The position numbers and the translations under genes were made by a program. DNA of 64,000 nt from Gammaproteobacteria bacterium (GTDB lineage: Bacteria; Pseudomonadota; Gammaproteobacteria; Steroidobacterales; Foliamicaceae): assembly GCA_009845905.1 (NCBI GenBank), contig VXYS01000004.1, positions 151,285 to 215,284 of the forward strand, written 5' to 3'. The notes under the pieces were generated by a model. The model had not been told where the DNA came from. It was given only the letters and a program-made list of their open reading frames with translations, and searched no databases. Below, one piece after another: positions 28,419 to 37,432 of the stretch (positions are counted from its first letter, which is position 1; each line of letters starts with the position of its first letter).

Positions 28419-30716
28419 CTAGTGCCCCAGGAACTGGGTGACCGGATCCTGTGGCTGGGTCTGCTGAATTGCCACCCCCGGGTCAGCCAGGCGCGAAGAT
28501 GCAGTGGCGCCGCAACTGCCGGTTTCCAGATAGCGCAAGGCGGCAGCCAGCCGGGCCTCTTGGGGATCGCCTAGTTGGCGGGTGAGATCGTCCTCGACCT
28601 GGCAGCCTTCGGTGACCGGAAGGCCGTCGTAGTATTCCTCGAAACCCTCCGCGTTGATGGTCGCGAAGGTCACGGCCCAAAGATCCCCCTGTCGCGCATT
28701 GCGATCAGGAGGGCAAAAGTACCGTGCGTATTGACCCACGGGTTTCCCGTAGGTGCGCTCACCCACCAGGGAGACGTTCTCGTACGGCTGAAGCGAGGTA
28801 ATGACGAGTTCGCTAGCGGAAGCGGACCCCCGGCCGGTGATGAACACGACATTTTCGACGTTCCGTATCGCAGATTCGTTCCGACAGCGTGCGGCCATAC
28901 TCCCCGGGTAGACGTCGCATCCGAAATAGGCCGTCTCATCCAGCGAACTGGCAAACAGGTTGTGAACTCTTCTTGACATCACCGTCAGCGTCTGGTTCTC
29001 GAACAGTTCGGGGCCGCCGATCAGGGTGGTCAGGCCATAGGCAATCGGCACGCTGCCTCCGCCGTTGTAGCGCAGGTCAACGATCAGGTTCTTGACGCCG
29101 GCGGCATTGAATTCGGCGAATTCCTGCAACAGGCGTCCGTTCGCGTCCCCGAAGAAGGTCCGAAAATGCAGGTAGCCTACTTTTCCTGCGTCGGTGTCCA
29201 GAATTCGGACGTGTTCCTCGGGAACCGTCGGGACCTCTACCTCCGCCTTGGCCATGCTGAAGGTCCGGCGCTCGCCCGATTGCTTCTCAACTTCGAAGCT
29301 GACTTCGAAGCCTTCCTCGTTGGGGCCGAATTCCTCGAAGACTCCCTCGACAGTCAGGCTGTCGACCGGTTTCCCGTTAAGGCCCACGATCCGGTCGCCT
29401 CGTTCCAGGCCAGCGTTGCCTGCCGGAGCACTCGCATAGACATCGATGACCTGGTAATAGAGCGGTTCCTCGAACACATCCACGATGACCCGTCCGCGAA
29501 ACCCGAAGATGAACGCCCGTCCATCGAACAGCATGTCCGTTTCCGCCGCGCTGCTCCAATAGCTGAAATTGCGGTCATGGGTTTCCGGCCGCCAGCGCAG
29601 GTCGTCCAGCAGGCTGTCGAGGTCGTCGTAATCCTCGATCACGATTTCGCCATAACGCGCCCGCTGCTCGGGCTCGTCGTTCCAGTAGTACCAGTCCTGC
29701 ATCAGATCGAAAACTTCCTGCCGGGCTTCCGGATAGGTGCAGGCAGACGACGCGAACCAGTCCTGGCTCAGCGTAAGCGACTGGGGCGAATTGTTGGCCG
29801 CCAGCGCCGTCACGGTCACGTCCAGTTCGCGGTCTGCGCCGCCGTTCAGCCCGTAACGGACCACGATTTCACCGGCATTCGTGCCTTCCTCGCCGCTCTC
29901 GATGTAGGCCCAGTCGGTACCGTCCGGCAGGCTGGCGCTCCAGCGCATCATCGCGTAGCCGGTGTTGCTCACCTGCAGGGAAATGCTGCCGCCGTAGCCG
30001 TCCAGTTCCGTGCTTGCAGCGGTAAGTTCCAGCATTGCGGGCGCCTCGGCCTGTTGTACGGTAACGGTGCGGGAGCCCGCATCGCCAGCCGAAACGGTCA
30101 GCTCGAATTCGCGCGCGGCGCCCGCGTTGGCGTCGATTTCGATCGCTATGGTTCCGGCGTCGGTGCCGCTGGAGCCGCTGGAGATACGCGCCCAGTCCAC
30201 GCTGCCCGCAATCGAGGCGTTCCAGTCCAGCGTTCCCCCGCCCCGGTTGGTCACGTTCACGGATGCATTGCCGCCCCCGGCTTCGGCGTCGATACGGGCG
30301 GGAGAGACGTTGAGGTTCGGCGCCCCTTCGGCCTGCCGCACGGCAACGGTGCGCGAGCTTGCTCCGGTGGCGGACACGGTCAGTTCGAATTCGCGAGCGG
30401 CGCCCGTGTTGGCGTCAATTGTGATCTGTATGGTTCCGGAATTGGTGCCGCTGGCACCGCTGGAGATACGTGCCCAGTCCACGCCGCCCGCAATGGAGGC
30501 GGTCCAGTTCAGCGTGCCGCCGCCTCCATTGGATACGTCCACCGATGCGTCGCCACCCCTCGCTTCGGCGTCGATGCTGGTGGTGGACAGTTCAATGCTG
30601 GCGGGATCCGGCGGTGGCGGCGACGGCGGCGATCCGTCGGAACCCGAACCTCCGCAGGCCGAAATCAGCACGGCCGCGGCAATGCCAATGAAGCAAGTCC
30701 GTCCCTGGCGGCCCAT
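28419..30716 (-). CDS. S41 peptidase lipoprotein with three BACON-like repeats and a PDZ domain
   Basis: Lipobox ISAC; three ~90 aa repeats (W..IS...G..N...R..TV.Q); DLRYNGGG, SASASE (Ser) and TYGK (Lys) motifs. Confidence 0.85.
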   Translation of the reverse strand: MGRQGRTCFIGIAAAVLISACGGSGSDGSPPSPPPPDPASIELSTTSIDAEARGGDASVDVSNGGGGTLNWTASIAGGVDWARISSGASGTNSGTIQITIDANTGAAREFELTVSATGASSRTVAVRQAEGAPNLNVSPARIDAEAGGGNASVNVTNRGGGTLDWNASIAGSVDWARISSGSSGTDAGTIAIEIDANAGAAREFELTVSAGDAGSRTVTVQQAEAPAMLELTAASTELDGYGGSISLQVSNTGYAMMRWSASLPDGTDWAYIESGEEGTNAGEIVVRYGLNGGADRELDVTVTALAANNSPQSLTLSQDWFASSACTYPEARQEVFDLMQDWYYWNDEPEQRARYGEIVIEDYDDLDSLLDDLRWRPETHDRNFSYWSSAAETDMLFDGRAFIFGFRGRVIVDVFEEPLYYQVIDVYASAPAGNAGLERGDRIVGLNGKPVDSLTVEGVFEEFGPNEEGFEVSFEVEKQSGERRTFSMAKAEVEVPTVPEEHVRILDTDAGKVGYLHFRTFFGDANGRLLQEFAEFNAAGVKNLIVDLRYNGGGSVPIAYGLTTLIGGPELFENQTLTVMSRRVHNLFASSLDETAYFGCDVYPGSMAARCRNESAIRNVENVVFITGRGSASASELVITSLQPYENVSLVGERTYGKPVGQYARYFCPPDRNARQGDLWAVTFATINAEGFEEYYDGLPVTEGCQVEDDLTRQLGDPQEARLAAALRYLETGSCGATASSRLADPGVAIQQTQPQDPVTQFLGH

Positions 30717-30730
30717 GGCGCAGCCTCAGG

Positions 30731-31780
30731 CTACAGCGGCTTGTGGCAGTGCCAGGTCTTGACCACCAGGAACTGGCGCGGTCCGGGCGTGATCTCGAAG
30801 CCGGCGGACGTCAGCACGCCGTCGAAGTCGTTCTCCATCAGGTCGATCGACCAGGGCTCGCCGTTGTCGCGATGGTCCATTTCAAACATGTAGCGTGATT
30901 CCGGCGACATCGGATCGCCGACCGGGAAATCGTAGATATTGAACACGCCGCCGGGGCGCAGGATCCGGTAGATCTCATGCACCACCTTCTCGGTGGCGCT
31001 GAACGGAATCTCGTGAAACAGGATGTAGCTGTTGATGACGTCGAAATGGTCGTCGTCGAAACCGGTGGCTTCGCCCCGGGCCTGTTTGAAGCGCACCGGC
31101 AGCCCCATGCCCCTGGCGCGCTTGTGAGCGTACCGCAGCAGCGGTTCGGACGGGTCCAGCCCCCAGACCTCGGCATCGGGATAGCGCTGCTTGAGTGCGG
31201 TGGCGCACTGGCCGATGCCCGTGGCCATGTCGAGCGCGCGCTCCACGCCGCCGCTCAATGGCGCCTGCCCGCAGGCCACCAGGCCGTTGTGGACCATGTC
31301 GCCGGCGTTGAAACCCATGTAGAACGCATTGGTACCGTGGTGATAGACCTCGCCCGCCAGCGCGTCGCCGACATAGCCGCCCGGCTGCAGGTGAAAGTCG
31401 AACTGGATGTAGTCCGGCATCTCAAGGTCCGGGGCCAGTTCCAGCAGGGAATCGTCGGAGTCCGCGTGCAATTCCCGCTCCAGCCGCTCGCGATCGCCGT
31501 CAACGGCGCTGAAGGCGGAGTCCCAGGTCATTTCCTGGAGGCTGCGCAGCATCCGGTTTCGAATCTGCGTGTCCGGGATGCGGTCCATGACGCGGCAGAT
31601 CGCTTCCACGTCGTCGGACTGGATACCCTCTTCCTTCAGGGCCGCGCTGCCCGCCGCGCGCGACTTGGCGCTGACGCCGCCGGCAGTGATCATCGTGCGC
31701 AAGCTCAAGGCAAAGCCGAGCCGCTGCTCGGCGTCCAGGGATGGAAGGCGGCTCAGGCCGCCCAGTTGTCCTCGATCCAT
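30731..31780 (-). CDS. Class I SAM methyltransferase B1, no signal peptide
   Basis: FHLQPGGY, LDMATGIG and ILFHE motifs. Start moved to ATG 31780 after AAGGAG. Confidence 0.85.
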   Translation of the reverse strand: MDRGQLGGLSRLPSLDAEQRLGFALSLRTMITAGGVSAKSRAAGSAALKEEGIQSDDVEAICRVMDRIPDTQIRNRMLRSLQEMTWDSAFSAVDGDRERLERELHADSDDSLLELAPDLEMPDYIQFDFHLQPGGYVGDALAGEVYHHGTNAFYMGFNAGDMVHNGLVACGQAPLSGGVERALDMATGIGQCATALKQRYPDAEVWGLDPSEPLLRYAHKRARGMGLPVRFKQARGEATGFDDDHFDVINSYILFHEIPFSATEKVVHEIYRILRPGGVFNIYDFPVGDPMSPESRYMFEMDHRDNGEPWSIDLMENDFDGVLTSAGFEITPGPRQFLVVKTWHCHKPL

Positions 31781-31790
31781 TTCTTTCTCC

Positions 31791-32069
31791 TTATGGCTCC
31801 GGCGGGGCCTCCTGCACTTCCCCGCCCCGGGCAAATCCGGCGTATATCCGCCGGACGAAGGCGTCCCGCCGCGCGGCCTCTGCCTCGACTTCTTCGGCGG
31901 ACGGCATGTAAAGCTCCACGGCGTCATCGGGCAAGGCGCCGGCATCGGCCAGCACCTTCTCCAGCAGCTCCAGGCGACGCCTCGTGGTCCACAATTCGCT
32001 GCCGAGCTGCATCACGGTTTCAACCAGATGGTCCAGCACCGGATGGTCAAAGTATTGCGGATCGTTCAT
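31791..32069 (-). CDS. Small helical protein A1, uncharacterised
   Basis: 92 aa; clear paralog of 33108-33452; ends 10 nt before the B1 start. Confidence 0.8.
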   Translation of the reverse strand: MNDPQYFDHPVLDHLVETVMQLGSELWTTRRRLELLEKVLADAGALPDDAVELYMPSAEEVEAEAARRDAFVRRIYAGFARGGEVQEAPPEP

Positions 32070-32174
32070 TGGCGCCTCGCAGCACTGATTCCTGCAGTCC
32101 GTGGGACGGTCATTCTAACGTCCCGAGTAACTTCCCGGCCCCCGGGCGGAGTCCGCTTTCCGCGACGGCGGCGC

Positions 32175-33044
32175 TTACGCGGACCACGCTTCCACTTCCG
32201 CCAGCAGGCCGGGGAACACCTCTTCGGTGCGCCGGCTGAAGCCGGCGGGCAGATCGCCGACCGTCATCGCCTTGCGGCCCTGGCTGCGCCAGATGTGATG
32301 GCCCGCCCACTGGCCCATTTTCATGAAGCCCATCCAGTCGTTCTTCATGATCCAGACCTCGGCGGTCTCGACCGCCGGGCGGTCCGGATCATTGAGTTGA
32401 TCCAGCCGTCCGATCAGCGTCTGCACCTGCATTTCCCAGCGCACCGGCCCGGTGGAGGCGCGGGGGAACCGATCGGGCGTGTAATACGCCGGAAACGAGA
32501 TGAACTTGTCGATCTGAAGGTAGGCCATGCCGTCGGCGACCATCCAGTCATAGACGTAGGGTCCGTAGTCCGCTGCGAACTCCGAGCGGCCGTCGCGGCC
32601 CTGACCGTGGGTCGAAAAGATATGGTTGAAGCCGCCCCCGCCCCGAAACGGCGTGAGTTCGATGGTCTCGCGCGTATAGGGGTTGACCATGGAGTCGATG
32701 GGCTCACCGGTTTCCATGTCCACGAAGTACAGCCATTCACGCAAACCCATGTCGTAGGCGCCGTCCTCGCGCGGCCTGAACACGCGCGCCGCGCAACCTT
32801 CCCAGTCGGCGAGCGGGAGGGCGTGCTCTTCGGGACGCATCCCGAACAGCCGCCCGCGGTTATAGCCGTACGTGGCTGTGCCATCCGCGCTGCCCATCAT
32901 TCGCACGGCGGCATGCATATTGGCCACGGGGTCGGTCACGTCGAAGGCGATTTCAGCCGCGCTGGCCCTTGCCGGAGCCGACCCCGCGAAAGCCATTCCC
33001 GCCACCGTGGCGCCGCCCGAAATCAGTACATCGCGCCTTTTCAT
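32175..33044 (-). CDS. DUF1838-like protein with Tat signal
   Basis: MKRRDVLISGG...PARA leader; WEG...RE..YF.D.ETGE...NPYT.E pattern. Start ATG 33044 after GGAGG. Confidence 0.7.
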   Translation of the reverse strand: MKRRDVLISGGATVAGMAFAGSAPARASAAEIAFDVTDPVANMHAAVRMMGSADGTATYGYNRGRLFGMRPEEHALPLADWEGCAARVFRPREDGAYDMGLREWLYFVDMETGEPIDSMVNPYTRETIELTPFRGGGGFNHIFSTHGQGRDGRSEFAADYGPYVYDWMVADGMAYLQIDKFISFPAYYTPDRFPRASTGPVRWEMQVQTLIGRLDQLNDPDRPAVETAEVWIMKNDWMGFMKMGQWAGHHIWRSQGRKAMTVGDLPAGFSRRTEEVFPGLLAEVEAWSA

Positions 33045-33107
33045 GACCCCCTCCACTGCGTTGCCCGGCAGGCATGATAATCTAGGCGTGTAAAGGGAGA
33101 AAACAAC

Positions 33108-33452
33108 ATGAGCGAAAAAGTCGAGAAAGGGCGCAGCAGGGCCGCGCCTTTCATCCCGGCGGACACGGATGCCGCCATATTCCTGGGTAACCCGCACATC
33201 GACAACCTGATGTCCGTCGTGATCGCGCTCGGAGCGGAAATCTGGGCCGACCGCCAGCGCATCAAGGTTATCGAACGGCTGATGGAAACCGAAGGCATGG
33301 CTACGACTGAAATGGTCGAGGCCTACGTGCCGACCGACGCCGAGAAAGAGGCGTGGGAAGCGGAACGTATGGAAATGGTCGAGCGGGTCTACAGCGTCCT
33401 GTCGCGCGATACGTCGAGCGCACGTCCGTTCGGCGAAGAACGCCAGTTCTAG
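33108..33452 (+). CDS. Small helical protein A2, uncharacterised
   Basis: 114 aa; NP.IDNL...LGAEIW.DR.R...E...VEAYVP...ER...VERVY aligns with A1. Confidence 0.8.
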   Translation: MSEKVEKGRSRAAPFIPADTDAAIFLGNPHIDNLMSVVIALGAEIWADRQRIKVIERLMETEGMATTEMVEAYVPTDAEKEAWEAERMEMVERVYSVLSRDTSSARPFGEERQF

Positions 33453-33465
33453 GAGGTAGCGAAAA

Positions 33466-34713
33466 ATGATCAACAGACGATCCGTAATGGGTTTGTTCGC
33501 CGGGGCAGCATCCCTGGTGGCAGCGCCATTCGCGAGCCGCGCAGCGCAGCAACGCACCGCGCCGCCGGCGATGGGATTTTTCGAAACGCGGGACGATCTG
33601 CCGCCCCCGCCCAAGACGACCGGGAACGTACCGGGCACTCTGGCGCCGCGGGGCCGCAACGGGCGCATGGAACGCCTGCCGGAAATCGACCTGGAAAGCC
33701 GGATGGATTTCCTGATGTCGGTACGGACCTTCGCCAACCAGACGTTGAGCCAGGCCGCCGGCCGGCGCGCAAACGATATTCTGGCCAGCAAGGGCATTTC
33801 TCCGGACACGGAACTGCCGATGCAGGAAGCCATCGCCCTGCTGCAGGACGATCCCGTCGTAAGCGCAAGGACCCGGACCTGGATGTCGGTGCAGCAGCTT
33901 TCTTGGAACAACATGAAAGCCGAGTGCGAAAACAATGCCGACACCTACCTGAGCGAGATGGAAGCGGTCGACAACCGCGGTCCCGGAACCCTGGAACTGA
34001 ACCCCGACCTCGAGATGCCCGACTACACGCGCCACGAGATCCACATCCAGCCGGGCGGCTACGTGGGCAACGACTTCGCAGGGCACATGTACGACTACGG
34101 CACCAACGGCTTCTATACCGGGCGCAACGACCAGGATGCGTTGCACATGACAGCGGCCTTCGGGCTGCCGATACCGGAGGACGGCAAGGTCAAGCGCATT
34201 CTGGACCTCGGCACCGGCGTCGGCCAACTGGCCATGGCGCTGAAGGAGCGTTTCCCGGATGCGGAAGTCTGGGGCATCGACGTCGGCGGGCCAATGGTGC
34301 GGTACGGCCATCTGCGCGCGGTGGAAAGGGGGCTGGACGTCAATTTCGCCCAGCGCCTGGCGGAAGACACGCGCTTCCCCGACAACCACTTCGACCTGGT
34401 GACCAGCTACATCATGCTTCATGAAGTCTCGCCCCAGGGCACGAAGGACATCGTCAACGAGGCCTTCCGCATCACGCGCCCGGGCGGAATCTTCTACCCC
34501 ATCGACTTCAACCTGAAGAACCCGTTTCCCCGGACGGCATACGGCCAGTACCGGCGCTGGTGGGACCATCGCTGGAACAACGAGGTGTGGACGATCAAGT
34601 ACCGCACCAACGGGCTGCAGGACCTTGTCCGCGCCGCCGGGTTCGATCTGAATGAGGAGGGGCCGGTCGCCCTGCCGCGGTTCGGCGTGATGAACGCCAC
34701 CAAGCCCGCATAA
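33466..34713 (+). CDS. Class I SAM methyltransferase B2 with Tat signal
   Basis: MINRRSVMGLFAG...ASRA leader; IHIQPGGY, LDLGTGVG and IMLHE motifs; paralog of B1. Confidence 0.85.
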   Translation: MINRRSVMGLFAGAASLVAAPFASRAAQQRTAPPAMGFFETRDDLPPPPKTTGNVPGTLAPRGRNGRMERLPEIDLESRMDFLMSVRTFANQTLSQAAGRRANDILASKGISPDTELPMQEAIALLQDDPVVSARTRTWMSVQQLSWNNMKAECENNADTYLSEMEAVDNRGPGTLELNPDLEMPDYTRHEIHIQPGGYVGNDFAGHMYDYGTNGFYTGRNDQDALHMTAAFGLPIPEDGKVKRILDLGTGVGQLAMALKERFPDAEVWGIDVGGPMVRYGHLRAVERGLDVNFAQRLAEDTRFPDNHFDLVTSYIMLHEVSPQGTKDIVNEAFRITRPGGIFYPIDFNLKNPFPRTAYGQYRRWWDHRWNNEVWTIKYRTNGLQDLVRAAGFDLNEEGPVALPRFGVMNATKPA

Positions 34714-34717
34714 CGGC

Positions 34718-35557
34718 GTGCGCGACAGGAACGGGAAGCTTACCCGCCGGCAGACGCTCGCGGGGGCTGGCGCCGCGCTCGTCGCTTCGGCGGCGGGGTC
34801 GGTCGCGAAGGCCGAGGCCGGGGAAGAATCCAAGACCTTCATCCTCGTACACGGCACCTGGCTGGGCGGCTGGAGCTGGCAGTTCGTGCGCCGCATCCTG
34901 GAGCAGGCCGGCCACGACGTATACGCGCCTTCGCTGACCGGCTGCGGCGACCGCGCCCACACGACAAGTCCGGACGTGGGTCTCGACACCCATATCCAGG
35001 ACATCGTCAACATCATCGACTTCGAGAGCCTCGATGACGTCATCCTCGTCGGACATTCCTTCGCCGGCATGGTCATTACCGGCGTCGCGGATGCAAGGCG
35101 CGAGCGCATACGGCGCATCGTCTTCTTCGATGCGCTGGTCCCGGCGGGTGACCGCATGAGCGGCGTGAGCCGCACGCCCGAGGGAGAACTGTCCCAATAC
35201 TTCATCAAGCGCATGGAGAAATTCGTCGACGGCTACCGGATGGACTACTTCGACTCCTACCCCCTCAAGATGGTGGTGCCGGATTCCGAACCCGAGCTGC
35301 AGGCGCTGCTGAAGGAGAAGATCACGCTCCATCCGATGCGCGCCTGGAGCGATGTGCTGGAGCTGAAAAACGGCGGCTGGGAGGGCCTGCCGCGCACGTA
35401 CATCCACTGCGTGGGCCAGGAATACTCGATGACCAGCGACTTCATGGTCGGCCCCGCGCGCGAACCCGGATGGCAATTCATCGAAATGGACATCCCGCGC
35501 GGCGGCATGCTGACCCACCCGGAACTGGTCGCCGAGACCTTCGTCAATCTGACCTGA
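34718..35557 (+). CDS. Alpha/beta hydrolase (methylesterase-like) with Tat signal
   Basis: TRRQTL leader; LVHGTWLGGWSW and nucleophile GHSFAG. Confidence 0.88.
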   Translation: MRDRNGKLTRRQTLAGAGAALVASAAGSVAKAEAGEESKTFILVHGTWLGGWSWQFVRRILEQAGHDVYAPSLTGCGDRAHTTSPDVGLDTHIQDIVNIIDFESLDDVILVGHSFAGMVITGVADARRERIRRIVFFDALVPAGDRMSGVSRTPEGELSQYFIKRMEKFVDGYRMDYFDSYPLKMVVPDSEPELQALLKEKITLHPMRAWSDVLELKNGGWEGLPRTYIHCVGQEYSMTSDFMVGPAREPGWQFIEMDIPRGGMLTHPELVAETFVNLT

Positions 35558-36813
35558 TGCGCCGGGCACTGGTTCTGGCGACGGCCCTCGCCTGGGCCGC
35601 GGCCGCACACGGCCAGGTCGCGCCGGAGACTCGCGCGCTCCATGATCGCGTGTTCACCTTCGACGCCCACGTGGACATTTCCCTCTCGTTCGCGACGGAA
35701 GAATCGGACCCGGGCGTGGACGGGTTCGAACCGGTGGATCTGCCGAAGATGGAACGTGGGGGGCTGGACGCCGCCGCCTTTGCCGTATTCGCCTCGCATG
35801 GGCCGCTGGACGAAACCGGCTACGCGCGGGCGCTCGAACAGGCCCGCACCAAGGCCGCGGCCATCCGCCGCATGGCTCTCGAAATGTATCCGCGGCGCAT
35901 TAGCCTGGCTTTGACCGCGGACGATCTGCGCGCGCATGCGTCCGAAGGACGGCGAAGCGCCCTGATGTCGATGCTGAACGCCTACAGCCTGGGCGCCGCG
36001 GGCGAGCACCTCGACGAGTTCTTCGCTGCCGGCGTGCGCATGGTCGGATTCACCCATCTCGGACACAACCAGTTCGCCGACTCGGCCCGCCCCAGCCCTC
36101 AGTTGGGCGACGGCCCGGCGCTTCACGGAGGCCTGTCGGACGCGGGCCGGAACCTGGTGGCCCGGCTGAACGTCCTGGGCGTGATCATCGACGTATCGCA
36201 GATCACGGAGGACGCCCTGCTCCAGACCGTCGCCCTGAGCCGCGCGCCGGTCGTGGCGTCGCACGTGGGCGTGAAGGCGCTGGTGGACCATCCGCGCAAC
36301 CTGAGCGACCGGGCCCTTGAGGCGGTCGGCTCGTCCGGCGGCGTCGTTCACATCGTCGCGTTCGGCAGCTACCTCGAGGAACCCAGCCCCGAGCGCTCGA
36401 ACGCCATTCTGGATCTGTTGAGCCGCAACCGGCGCGAGACCGTCGAGCAGAGCGAGGCCTACTTCCGGGAAATGCGCGAAATCAATGAACGCCTGCCCGG
36501 CGCCTCCGTCTCCGATCTCGTGGACCAGGTGGACTACGTTGTGGAACTACTGGGAATCGACCACGTGGGGCTGGCCACGGATTTCAACCACGGGGGCGGC
36601 ATCGACGGCTGGAGCGACGAGGGCGACGCAGCCAACGTCACGGCGGAACTGGCCCGCCGCGGCTACTCCGAAGAGGACATCGCCAAAATCTGGGGCGGCA
36701 ACTTCCTGCGCGTGTTCGAACAGGTCACCGCCCTGGCCCGCCCTACGCAGCCGCGCCCGGCAGCAGGTCACAGTAATGGAAACCATCCCTCCGCACCCGT
36801 TGGCCTTCCGTAA
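35557..36813 (+). CDS. Membrane dipeptidase (M19), secreted
   Basis: DAHVD, ASHVG and HVGLATDF..GGG motifs; start ATG 35557 overlaps the previous stop. Confidence 0.88.
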   Translation: MRRALVLATALAWAAAAHGQVAPETRALHDRVFTFDAHVDISLSFATEESDPGVDGFEPVDLPKMERGGLDAAAFAVFASHGPLDETGYARALEQARTKAAAIRRMALEMYPRRISLALTADDLRAHASEGRRSALMSMLNAYSLGAAGEHLDEFFAAGVRMVGFTHLGHNQFADSARPSPQLGDGPALHGGLSDAGRNLVARLNVLGVIIDVSQITEDALLQTVALSRAPVVASHVGVKALVDHPRNLSDRALEAVGSSGGVVHIVAFGSYLEEPSPERSNAILDLLSRNRRETVEQSEAYFREMREINERLPGASVSDLVDQVDYVVELLGIDHVGLATDFNHGGGIDGWSDEGDAANVTAELARRGYSEEDIAKIWGGNFLRVFEQVTALARPTQPRPAAGHSNGNHPSAPVGLP

Positions 36814-37426
36814 ACTCGATGGGCCGCGAAAACGTGGGTCCATCAAAAACAAACGTATGAAACTCTCCGTTTTCGCCGCAGGGATCGACCTGGGGTGGTA
36901 GATCGTCGAGAAACGCCGAATTAAACCGACGCCCCGCAAAGGACCCATCCAGCACTTTCGGGTCAACGCACACGGTCACCGCGCGAAATTCTCCATCGAT
37001 AAACGTCCGGGCCAGCGGTCGAGTCGGCTTCTTCCATAGCGGAAAGAAGCAGCCCAGACCCACGGCTTCCAGTTGGCGTTCTCTATAGGCCCGCAGATCT
37101 TCGAGAAAGATATCGCCGAAAGCGATTCGGCGGATTCCCTTTTCACGAATGCGCGAGAATGCCATTCCCATTTCCCTTTCGTAGATGGCATTCGACGATT
37201 GCGGCGGCACCACGACTACCGTAACCGGTATACCCAGGGACTCCGCCTGTCGGCGAAGCAGTTCGCGACGTACGCCGTGCATGCTCACCCGATCGTAGGC
37301 ATCGGTCACCGTAGTCACCAACTCCGTCACGCGGCACTCGCCCCGCTTCTGGATTTCCCAAAGCGCCATGACGCTGTCCTTGCCGCCGCTGAAGCAAAGG
37401 GCAATCGGTTCGCTGAGGGTCTCCAC
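36743..37426 (-). CDS. DUF71/Dph6-like PP-loop ATPase
   Basis: FSGGKDS, RVSMHG, FGDIFLED and DPCGENGEFHTFVFDGP motifs. Confidence 0.9.
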   Translation of the reverse strand: METLSEPIALCFSGGKDSVMALWEIQKRGECRVTELVTTVTDAYDRVSMHGVRRELLRRQAESLGIPVTVVVVPPQSSNAIYEREMGMAFSRIREKGIRRIAFGDIFLEDLRAYRERQLEAVGLGCFFPLWKKPTRPLARTFIDGEFRAVTVCVDPKVLDGSFAGRRFNSAFLDDLPPQVDPCGENGEFHTFVFDGPTFSRPIEFTEGQRVRRDGFHYCDLLPGAAA

Positions 37427-37432
37427 TGATCC

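Noticed and set aside
32100-32130. GGGACG...CGTCCC stem upstream of A1 as a family A copy
   Set aside because: Loop size and flanks do not match; more likely promoter-related (TAGAAT on the minus strand).
32175-33944. 589-aa ORF suggesting a larger DUF1838 protein
   Set aside because: The extension is antisense to A2 and B2; the SD and Tat leader mark ATG 33044.
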